Virus record (IMG/VR): IMGVR_UViG_3300031993_000044
Coordinates: 1 to 64,000 of that record
Source of the DNA: a virus
Lineage: Duplodnaviria; Caudoviricetes
Reading direction: 5' to 3' (one strand)
DNA length: 64,000 nt
Of this stretch, positions 47,114 through 54,191 are shown one piece after another; position 1 is the stretch's first letter, and each line of letters begins with the position of its first letter. Made by a program: the position numbers and the translations under genes. The notes under the pieces are model-generated. The model was given only the letters and a program-made list of their open reading frames with translations. It did not search any database and was not told the DNA's origin.

Positions 47114-48421
47114 ATGACACCACACACTAAAGCACAGAAAGAAGTCGTGCAGTTGGCAACCCAGCTGCACGACTTGACAAAGGCAGAAAGAGTTTGGGCG
47201 TTGAAAAACGTGCCTTACTTCATAGGACACGCAAGCCGTGGTACTGTCACTTGTATGCACTGCGGACACACGTTTGACTACAAGGGCAAGGAAACGCAAC
47301 GCTGCCCTCACTGCAAGCGCACGCTGCATATTACAGAGACGCGCAAGGAATCAGCACGCGACGTTGAGTGCTTTGTGCTTATCGACGCAATAGACAGATG
47401 GCAGGTTATGCGCTACTTCCACGTAGTGACAGAGTGCTTGAAGTCGGGAAAGCAGGGAAAAACGCGCATTTCGGAGATTATGCAACGCTGGATAGGCTCA
47501 AAGGGCGAGTACGTTATACTTGCGAAGACGCGCAACATCTGCTTCTATAACGCATCGTGGAACTATGACAGCGAAATGTTGTGCCGGCAGATACCCGACA
47601 AGTATTACTGCAACGGCATTGACAGGGAGGGCTATTGCGACATGCTTGTACGTAAGTGGCATCCTGCACTGCAACACGTGCCATACGACAAGGACGTGTG
47701 CAAGCTGGATATTTTCACGTACATGCGTGCTATGATGTCAAGCCCATACGCCGAAACGCTGTTTAAGATGGGCAGGATGAAGCTTTTCCGAAAGTGTGCA
47801 GAAGAAAACTATTTCAGCAACAGCGAAATCGTTGCAGCCATACGAATTGCGCTTAAGAACAAGTACGACATTGAGAAGGACATGAGCATTTGGCTTGACA
47901 TGGTTTGCGTGCTCTACAAGTTGAAAAAGGACTTGCACAGCCCGGCCTACGTCTGCCCGAAGAATCTGCATGAGGCACACGACAAGTATTTCAACCGCTG
48001 GCACAGGATTGAGGACGAGAAGCAGCGCAAGCTCGACGCAAAGCGGATGCTGCAAAAGCTGCTGCAATCAAAGAAGCAAAACGAAGCGTACATCAAGCGT
48101 ATGCAGCCGTTCTTTGGGCTGCTTCTCAAAGAGGGCAACTTGCAGATACACGTTCTTAAGGACGTGGAGGAATTTGCAACGGAAGCGTCTGTAATGGGGC
48201 ATTGCGTGTTTCAGAATGAGTATTACAACCGCCCAAGCTCGCTTATCATGTCGGCACAGGTCAACGGCAAGCGTACTGAAACAGTGGAAGTGTCACTGCA
48301 AAGCTTCACAATACAACAGTCACGAGGGCATAAGAACTTGCCGACAAAGTTTCACAAGCAGATAGTGTCACTCGTAAACAGGAACATGAATCTTATCAGA
48401 CAAGCAGCAAGCGCAGGTTAG
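47114..48421 (+). CDS. PcfJ domain protein
   Basis: CMHCG, CPHC, WLDMVCVLYKLKKDLHSPAYVCPKNLHEAHD, MGHCV, ETVEVSL..QSRG. Confidence 0.88.
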   Translation: MTPHTKAQKEVVQLATQLHDLTKAERVWALKNVPYFIGHASRGTVTCMHCGHTFDYKGKETQRCPHCKRTLHITETRKESARDVECFVLIDAIDRWQVMRYFHVVTECLKSGKQGKTRISEIMQRWIGSKGEYVILAKTRNICFYNASWNYDSEMLCRQIPDKYYCNGIDREGYCDMLVRKWHPALQHVPYDKDVCKLDIFTYMRAMMSSPYAETLFKMGRMKLFRKCAEENYFSNSEIVAAIRIALKNKYDIEKDMSIWLDMVCVLYKLKKDLHSPAYVCPKNLHEAHDKYFNRWHRIEDEKQRKLDAKRMLQKLLQSKKQNEAYIKRMQPFFGLLLKEGNLQIHVLKDVEEFATEASVMGHCVFQNEYYNRPSSLIMSAQVNGKRTETVEVSLQSFTIQQSRGHKNLPTKFHKQIVSLVNRNMNLIRQAASAG

Positions 48422-48631
48422 TCACCCCTGCGCTTGTAGTTCTTTTTTGCGTGCGTCGTAGATGTGCCTGGCACGCTGTACTCTTTCGCTTTCTTCAAAC
48501 TCGACATATTCAAGCTTTGTGCCAGTGCGCTTGTACTGCTGCAAAGCTTGCTCTATTATAACATCACGCAAAACTTTGTCTGAAGCCCATGCTGCCATGC
48601 GGATAGCTTCAATGTACTGCATCTTTATCAT
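48422..48631 (-). CDS. hypothetical protein
   Basis: Last gene of a three-gene minus operon; ATAA overlap. Confidence 0.5.
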   Translation of the reverse strand: MIKMQYIEAIRMAAWASDKVLRDVIIEQALQQYKRTGTKLEYVEFEESERVQRARHIYDARKKELQAQG

Positions 48632-49002
48632 AAGTCCACGCCCCCGGCAATGCCAATATACGTTTTTCCATTGATTTCAAGCTGCTGTACGCCGCTATTT
48701 GCATCGAGCCGATAAACTGTCAGGCTCTCCGTTTTTCCGTCGCTGTACGTAAGCGTAACGCTTGGAGCGTTGACTGTGTAGGTGTACTGCTGTACGCTGG
48801 AGCTGCCAACGTTCTTTGCGCCCGTCAGTTCGCTGCCAATGCGAAAGAACGAGTAAGACGTGCTGCTGTCACTCCACCGCTGGACTGAAACAAGGTAGTC
48901 AACGGTGACGGGCAACTTCTTTACGCCCGTGTCCTCGTCGCTGTCACTGCTGCAAGCAAATAGCGACACAATTAAAGTACATGCAAGAAGTATCTTTTTC
49001 AT
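48628..49002 (-). CDS. lipoprotein (possible superinfection exclusion)
   Basis: MKKILLACTLIVSLFA-C lipobox followed by SSDSDED acidic export signal. Confidence 0.75.
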   Translation of the reverse strand: MKKILLACTLIVSLFACSSDSDEDTGVKKLPVTVDYLVSVQRWSDSSTSYSFFRIGSELTGAKNVGSSSVQQYTYTVNAPSVTLTYSDGKTESLTVYRLDANSGVQQLEINGKTYIGIAGGVDL

Positions 49003-49340
49003 GCAGATTGTTTGTAGTTGGGTTTGAGTGATTCCATTATCTCCGAAAGCTGTGCTTGCGCAAACACGCATTCATCACTTGCAACGTCAAACGCTGCTGC
49101 ACAGCTGTCATGTGCTTTGAGTAACGCACGCGCATTACTGCGTATGCCAGCGATTAGGCGCAACGTCTGATAATCGAACTTGACGCTTACATCGTCAGGG
49201 AACGTGCTGCTGTTAGAACTTACTTTGGGCTGTGCCATTCGCAGGACATGAGCTGCTGCCTGGCAATAGTTGGCAAGCTGGATGCTGAAATCTTTGTGCA
49301 ACAGCATTGCTTCACGCAAATTCATTTTGTTATAGTCCAT
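48999..49340 (-). CDS. hypothetical helical protein
   Basis: First gene after a TACCTTTG promoter; ATGA coupling. Confidence 0.55.
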   Translation of the reverse strand: MDYNKMNLREAMLLHKDFSIQLANYCQAAAHVLRMAQPKVSSNSSTFPDDVSVKFDYQTLRLIAGIRSNARALLKAHDSCAAAFDVASDECVFAQAQLSEIMESLKPNYKQSA

Positions 49341-49364
49341 GCTGTCAAAGTTTAATTACAGCTG

Positions 49365-49372
49365 CAAAGGTA
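49365..49372 (-). promoter_or_regulatory. -7 box TACCTTTG for the lipoprotein operon
   Basis: Canonical TAnnTTTG about 25 nt upstream of ATG 49340. Confidence 0.7.
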
Positions 49373-49460
49373 ACACTTTCAGCCGGAAAAACGCACACGT
49401 TCACATAAATTAAGGTGGAAAGAAAACTTAATAACTATACGAAACTAAACATTTCTTGTT

Positions 49461-49562
49461 AAAAATCCGAAATATACTAAATAAAATATAGAAATTATTA
49501 GGTTTTTAGAGTTTTTCTTACGACCTTTGCCATACAGTTTAACAAAAAGAGATACGACAATG
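49461..49562 (+). promoter_or_regulatory. early promoter/leader cassette P3
   Basis: Same boxes and N27/N17 spacing; GACCTTTG; AGATACGACAATG. Confidence 0.85.
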
Positions 49563-50138
49563 AAAAAGAATTTTAAGAACATCGACGAGGAACTGAACGC
49601 TTACAGCGCATTCCTTGATGAAAGTGAGTACGGCAAGACTGTCAAGCAGATACGTGAAGCTTGCAAGGACTATTTCTACACGTACACGGGTGAGCTCGGC
49701 ATGGAAAGCAGCGAACTTACGGACTACGGAACAATGTACAGCTGGGGATTCAACGGCAACGAGCTTCGCTTTGCCGAAAACTTGCTGCACTACCTCGCAA
49801 ACTTCGACATCGTGCTACAGGTCGGCAAGAACGCAGACGAGCGCAACAGCAACCACAACGACGTTGCAAAGCTGCTTAACAAGCTCATTAAGCTGGGCAA
49901 CGAGATTGAAGCAAGGAGTGAAGCGCAAACGAAGCTCCGCTATGCAGTACACTGTGACTTGGACGTAATGGTAGAGGGCGGCTACACACAGCAGCAGTGC
50001 TTGGATTGGTTCGCCGGTAAGGATGCAGCAGAGGTTTACGAGCTTAAGGACGGCAAGGACGTTAAGGCTGATGAAGTGCTGCTGGACGTTGTGAAGGAAC
50101 TTTTACCCATGCACTTCGAAGGAACTGCCATAAAATAA
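49560..50138 (+). CDS. hypothetical early protein
   Basis: First gene after P3. Confidence 0.65.
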   Translation: MKKNFKNIDEELNAYSAFLDESEYGKTVKQIREACKDYFYTYTGELGMESSELTDYGTMYSWGFNGNELRFAENLLHYLANFDIVLQVGKNADERNSNHNDVAKLLNKLIKLGNEIEARSEAQTKLRYAVHCDLDVMVEGGYTQQQCLDWFAGKDAAEVYELKDGKDVKADEVLLDVVKELLPMHFEGTAIK

Positions 50139-50202
50139 TATATAAGTTGAACACCGGGAGCAGCAACACGGCTGCTCCCACAAAGCAAGAAAGGAAACGA
50201 CA

Positions 50203-50595
50203 ATGCCACAACAGTACGACATTAAGGTTTGGCAGCAGATGCTTACAGACGTAAAGGCTGCTAACACAAAGATGCGCCAGCGCATCGACAGCAAGGCACA
50301 GACGGGCTACGTAGTAATCAGCAACACTTTCGACCATTGCGTTTGCAGCGACGAAAACCGCTGTGCAACGGTGCAGGTTGTCGCTTGCAGTACAGAGCCA
50401 GTTATCATGCCGAAAAGCAACGCAGAGCGCATTGCTAACACGTTCAAAGCATATTGTGGAGTATCAGAGCAACGGCGCATTTGTTGGCAGGTTATGAATG
50501 TGCTGGAATACTACAGGCGGCTTGTCACGCGCAACGAGCGCATGATTGAGATATTGGAAGAAGCACTTGGAAACAAGAGTTTAGTTACAGCTTAA
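50203..50595 (+). CDS. hypothetical protein
   Basis: AAACGACAATG start. Confidence 0.6.
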   Translation: MPQQYDIKVWQQMLTDVKAANTKMRQRIDSKAQTGYVVISNTFDHCVCSDENRCATVQVVACSTEPVIMPKSNAERIANTFKAYCGVSEQRRICWQVMNVLEYYRRLVTRNERMIEILEEALGNKSLVTA

Positions 50596-50609
50596 CACAG
50601 TACGGCATT

Positions 50610-50996
50610 ATGGAAAAGAAATCACTTTACATCGAGTACAAATCACAGCGCAAGCGTGCCAACGACTGCGCTGTGAGAGCACTGATGAAGCTCCTTACGT
50701 TGAGTTGGGTAGAAGCTTACAACGAGCTTTGCAGTGCCGGGCGTACAGTAATGCGTATGCCCGACGAGATAGATTCTATTCGCGTAGCAATAGAAAGCTT
50801 CGGCTTCAAAAAAGTGTCAATACCCGTGACGAAAGGCTGCAAGCGGCCAACAGTTGAAAGCTTTGCAGCGGAGCACCCACAGGGGCGTTACTTGCTTAAC
50901 GTTGCCCAACACGTTGTAGCCTGCGTTGACGGGCACTATTACGATAGTTGGGATTGCGGAGAAAAGTGTGTCTATAACTATTGGGAGGGCGAATAA
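50610..50996 (+). CDS. papain/C39-like fold protein (putative Cys-His-Asp)
   Basis: NDCAVRAL...QHVVACVDGHYYDSWDCG. Confidence 0.55.
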   Translation: MEKKSLYIEYKSQRKRANDCAVRALMKLLTLSWVEAYNELCSAGRTVMRMPDEIDSIRVAIESFGFKKVSIPVTKGCKRPTVESFAAEHPQGRYLLNVAQHVVACVDGHYYDSWDCGEKCVYNYWEGE

Positions 50997-51178
50997 TGGA
51001 AAAGGCAAAAAGAGTGTTCTTTGTGTATAACGATTGCAGCCCTGACAGGAAAGAGCATAGGGTTGAATTAACGAAAGAACTCATGTCCGAATGGGGCTAC
51101 AAGGACATAAATCACATGAAACGAAACATGATGGGCTGGATAGGCTTAAACAAACATTTTGAAGTTGAAGAACAATAA
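50996..51178 (+). CDS. hypothetical protein
   Basis: TAATG coupling. Confidence 0.5.
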   Translation: MEKAKRVFFVYNDCSPDRKEHRVELTKELMSEWGYKDINHMKRNMMGWIGLNKHFEVEEQ

Positions 51179-51193
51179 AAAAACATTACAACA

Positions 51194-51532
51194 ATGAAAA
51201 AGATTTCAGAGTTAAAAGTGGGTGACAGCGTTACTTGTTACGAGCCATATAGTAACAACATTAAGAACGCTTACGAAGCAAAGGTTACAAAGGTTGGCAG
51301 AAAGTACATCACTGTGTGGCATAGTACACACTTTGACAAGGACACGGGACACGGCGAAAACGGCTATCAGCTTTTCGTTGGAAATTTTGACGAGTTTGAA
51401 GCATGGTTTGCGTTGAAGCCAACGCGCATGAAGCAACGAAGCAATATAGAATCCATGATTAGGGAGCTTGACGTGCCGGAACTGACAAAGATTATTAACT
51501 TCATACAACGTTTGGAGAATGAAACAGAGTAG
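51194..51532 (+). CDS. beta-barrel hypothetical protein
   Basis: LKVGDSV..AKVTKVGRKYITV. Confidence 0.6.
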   Translation: MKKISELKVGDSVTCYEPYSNNIKNAYEAKVTKVGRKYITVWHSTHFDKDTGHGENGYQLFVGNFDEFEAWFALKPTRMKQRSNIESMIRELDVPELTKIINFIQRLENETE

Positions 51533-51737
51533 CACAACGTACCCTACACGCATTGCGGCAATGGTACGGCAGTTTGAGTCAATCGACGCACAGCCGAAAA
51601 TCAGCACAGAGCAGCTTTCAATACACATGGAGCAGCCCTGCGGATGCAACCTTACGGAACACTTCAACTGTCCTACGGAGGACTTAAATCAGCGTTATTA
51701 CGTAGAACTGTGCGAGAAGCACAAATTAGAGCTTTAA
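51519..51737 (+). CDS. hypothetical protein
   Basis: Packed ORF. Confidence 0.5.
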   Translation: MKQSSTTYPTRIAAMVRQFESIDAQPKISTEQLSIHMEQPCGCNLTEHFNCPTEDLNQRYYVELCEKHKLEL

Positions 51738-51741
51738 CAAC

Positions 51742-52080
51742 ATGCAAGAAGTAACAAACATCAAACAGTCAAACCGTCTGCTGTCAATAATAGGCAGCGA
51801 CAGGACAGCCGACTTTTGGCGCACGCCCAAGGTTGGCGGGTACATTATCAGCACGGAGAAAAAGGTCAACAGCACGCCCGCATGGAGCGTGACGGCACTC
51901 ATGGATATGCTGGATGAACATTTCGACGAGGAAAACGGCACTGCGATACCCCTCATAAACCCGCTCGAAAACTATGTGTACTTTGATGCAAACGGATTTC
52001 TCGTTGAGGAATTTTCGCGTAGCACGCTGCTTATAGACAACTTGATTGACGCAATAGAATGGCAGAATAAAAATGGATAA
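51742..52080 (+). CDS. hypothetical protein
   Basis: PAWSVTALMDML; LIDNLIDAIEW. Confidence 0.55.
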   Translation: MQEVTNIKQSNRLLSIIGSDRTADFWRTPKVGGYIISTEKKVNSTPAWSVTALMDMLDEHFDEENGTAIPLINPLENYVYFDANGFLVEEFSRSTLLIDNLIDAIEWQNKNG

Positions 52081-52378
52081 GAGAGTATTCAGGGCGTTGC
52101 AGCACGACAACCTTTTCAGCGACGATGTTAGCCCGGTGGAGTTCACAAAGTCTAACCGCAAGTACAAGCTTGCTGGATGGGGAAAGGTCGTAAGCGGCGA
52201 GATACACAACGACATCTATCTGTGGAGCTTCAAAAAGAGCAAGCTGCCCATTGTGGACGCAGAAATTGAAACTGTTGTGGGTGAGCGTGTGAAGCTCATG
52301 CGCATTGGCAGGACATCAAAGTACGTAGAGCGTGCAAAGCGTCTTTACTCGGAGGAATTGGGCTATGTGGCGTACTGA
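52073..52378 (+). CDS. hypothetical protein
   Basis: Last gene of the P3 operon. Confidence 0.55.
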   Translation: MDKRVFRALQHDNLFSDDVSPVEFTKSNRKYKLAGWGKVVSGEIHNDIYLWSFKKSKLPIVDAEIETVVGERVKLMRIGRTSKYVERAKRLYSEELGYVAY

Positions 52379-52380
52379 CA

Positions 52381-52483
52381 CAAAAAAGCCCCCGCGTCAG
52401 TACGACAAACACGCAGGGGCTACGACATTTCAGTTTAACTTTGCGTAAAACTGTACGAGCAAGGCACAGAAATACAACAATGT
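52381..52483 (-). ncRNA. candidate antisense sRNA (~100 nt)
   Basis: Minus-strand TACCTTTG promoter (52489-52496), no ORF, GC hairpin plus U6 terminator (52382-52420); modules complementary to early leaders and start-codon motifs. Confidence 0.6.
52382..52420 (-). terminator. intrinsic terminator (minus strand)
   Basis: GCCCCUGCGU-13-nt loop-ACGCGGGGGC-UUUUUU; the one plus-strand mismatch is a G:U pair only on the minus strand. Confidence 0.8.
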
Positions 52484-52488
52484 CGGTG

Positions 52489-52496
52489 CAAAGGTA
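52489..52496 (-). promoter_or_regulatory. -7 box TACCTTTG (sRNA promoter)
   Basis: TACCTTTGCACCGAC. Confidence 0.7.
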
Positions 52497-52540
52497 TGAA
52501 ATTTTGGTGGTAAACCGATACAACTTCGACAAAAAATGAG

Positions 52541-52548
52541 TAATTTTG
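52541..52548 (+). promoter_or_regulatory. -7 box TAATTTTG for the ARH/immunity operon
   Basis: TAnnTTTG about 45 nt upstream of ATG 52594. Confidence 0.65.
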
Positions 52549-52593
52549 CGAAAAATTTGAATTAACAAGGACATTTTAAGACATTTCAGAGGT

Positions 52594-53358
52594 ATGTTAG
52601 GAGCAATTATCGGCGACATTGTAGGGTCGCGTTTCGAATTTCACAACACAGACAAGTACAACTTTGGAAAGCTGTTCACAAAGCAGTGCGACTTTACGGA
52701 CGACACAATTTGCACTGTGGCAATAGCACACGCAATACTTAAGGCTGACTACAACTACAAGGACGCGCTGCTGTATTGGTGCAGAAAGTACCCTAACCCG
52801 ATGGGCAGTTACGGCGGCAGCTTTGCACGCTGGATAAACAGCGAAGACCCACAACCGTACAACAGCTTCGGTAACGGTGCTGCAATGCGTGTCAGCCCTG
52901 TTGCGTTTACATGGAGCACGTCGGCAGACGTTATACGCGAAGCGATAGCAACAGCAAGCGTGTCACACAATCACCCGGAGGGCATTAAGGGAGCAATGGC
53001 AACTGCACTTGCAACGTTTGCGCTGCGCAAGAGCCATAACAAGGAAACTGCGATACGCATAGAACAGCTTTTCTACGACTTGAACGCTAAATATACACGC
53101 GGACGCTTTGACGAGACTTGTCAGGGAACTGTACCCGTTGCGCTTCGCATCATTTCAGAGAGCTGCGACTTTGAGGACGCTATAAGAATGGCAATGGCCT
53201 GGGGCGGCGACAGTGACACGTTGGGCGCAATAGTAGGCGGCATGGCAGAAGCTTTGTACGGCATACCCAGCGACATTAAAGCTGCTGCAATGGAGTACCT
53301 GCCAGCAGATATGAGGATAGTTATTAGAGAGTTTTACGACGCTTTTGTGCATGAATAA
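52594..53358 (+). CDS. ADP-ribosylglycohydrolase (DraG/ARH family)
   Basis: MLGAIIGDIVGS, FTDDT, GNGAAMRVSP, GGDSDTLGAI. Confidence 0.93.
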   Translation: MLGAIIGDIVGSRFEFHNTDKYNFGKLFTKQCDFTDDTICTVAIAHAILKADYNYKDALLYWCRKYPNPMGSYGGSFARWINSEDPQPYNSFGNGAAMRVSPVAFTWSTSADVIREAIATASVSHNHPEGIKGAMATALATFALRKSHNKETAIRIEQLFYDLNAKYTRGRFDETCQGTVPVALRIISESCDFEDAIRMAMAWGGDSDTLGAIVGGMAEALYGIPSDIKAAAMEYLPADMRIVIREFYDAFVHE

Positions 53359-53608
53359 AGTACTGTACATCTATCTTACGGGCGTGCTGCTTGCATTCAT
53401 ATTGCTTGCAGCTGGTATTGAAAGGCTTTACAAGAAAGGCACGTTCCTGTTTGTTCCTAAAGAAGCTGCATGGCTTCTCTCGTCGCTGTCTTGGGTGCTT
53501 GTAGCTATCCTTGCATGGGGCTGGCTGCTGGACTTTCTTACTTACATCTACGTGTACATTATATTCAAGTATAAAGTATGGCAAAACAAAAAGAATGACA
53601 CAACATGA
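53351..53608 (+). CDS. small membrane protein
   Basis: Two TM segments; overlaps the ARH stop. Confidence 0.55.
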   Translation: MNKVLYIYLTGVLLAFILLAAGIERLYKKGTFLFVPKEAAWLLSSLSWVLVAILAWGWLLDFLTYIYVYIIFKYKVWQNKKNDTT

Positions 53609-53823
53609 CAAACGAGGAAAGGAAAGAACTTGCTGTAAAGGCCGCGCAAGACGCGGGCTTTGAATCAGCAGCTTACATTGGAACGCAGGACGGCAAGCAC
53701 ATATACGTCGGCGTTGCAAAGGGTGGCGAGCCTACGGGCTTGCCCATGTTCGTTGAAGTAAGCGCAAGCGGAGCTGTAAACACAGAATACAGCTTCAAGT
53801 ATATGCACCTTATAAAAGAATAA
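53605..53823 (+). CDS. small protein, candidate immunity protein
   Basis: 72 aa; PTGLPMFV; position next to the toxin gene. Confidence 0.5.
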   Translation: MTNEERKELAVKAAQDAGFESAAYIGTQDGKHIYVGVAKGGEPTGLPMFVEVSASGAVNTEYSFKYMHLIKE

Positions 53824-53825
53824 GT

Positions 53826-54176
53826 ATGATTGAGATTGAACATGTTACACTTGAAGATTTAATAAAAGTCTGCAAGTACTACAAAGGAGAATTGGAATGT
53901 CCAAAATCGTGCAAAAGTGATATGTTTTGGCGCTATGAATTTAAGTGGGTAATGCTACGCATGGACGAGGACAGCGACCTGCTGCACGATTATTTGAACG
54001 ACTACGACAACGCAGGGCTGCTTGACTTCGAGCAGAACGACGGCACGCCCGCAACGCTGAAAGCCCTGCTGTTTAACCGCTTCTGCTATTGGAGCAGCGG
54101 CACGATGCTTGATTGCGTCGAGCCGTTCAAAGAGTTCTACACGAATGAGTACATTAAGAAAGCTGCCCGGCGTTGA
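53826..54176 (+). CDS. small acidic protein, candidate ART immunity/ARH-associated domain
   Basis: CKYYKGE, AGLLDFEQNDGTPATLKALLFNRF. Confidence 0.55.
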   Translation: MIEIEHVTLEDLIKVCKYYKGELECPKSCKSDMFWRYEFKWVMLRMDEDSDLLHDYLNDYDNAGLLDFEQNDGTPATLKALLFNRFCYWSSGTMLDCVEPFKEFYTNEYIKKAARR

Positions 54177-54187
54177 GCAGCTTTCTT
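54156..54187. terminator. bidirectional terminator between the immunity operon and the MuF toxin gene
   Basis: AAGAAAGCTGC-N10-GCAGCTTTCTT. Confidence 0.75.
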
Positions 54188-54191
54188 TTGT

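Noticed and set aside
52480-52539. 19-codon plus-strand ORF MSVQRYEILVVNRYNFDKK after ATACAACAATG
   Set aside because: VQRY is the reverse-complement reading of a TACCTTTGCA promoter, a common spurious ORF in Bacteroidota
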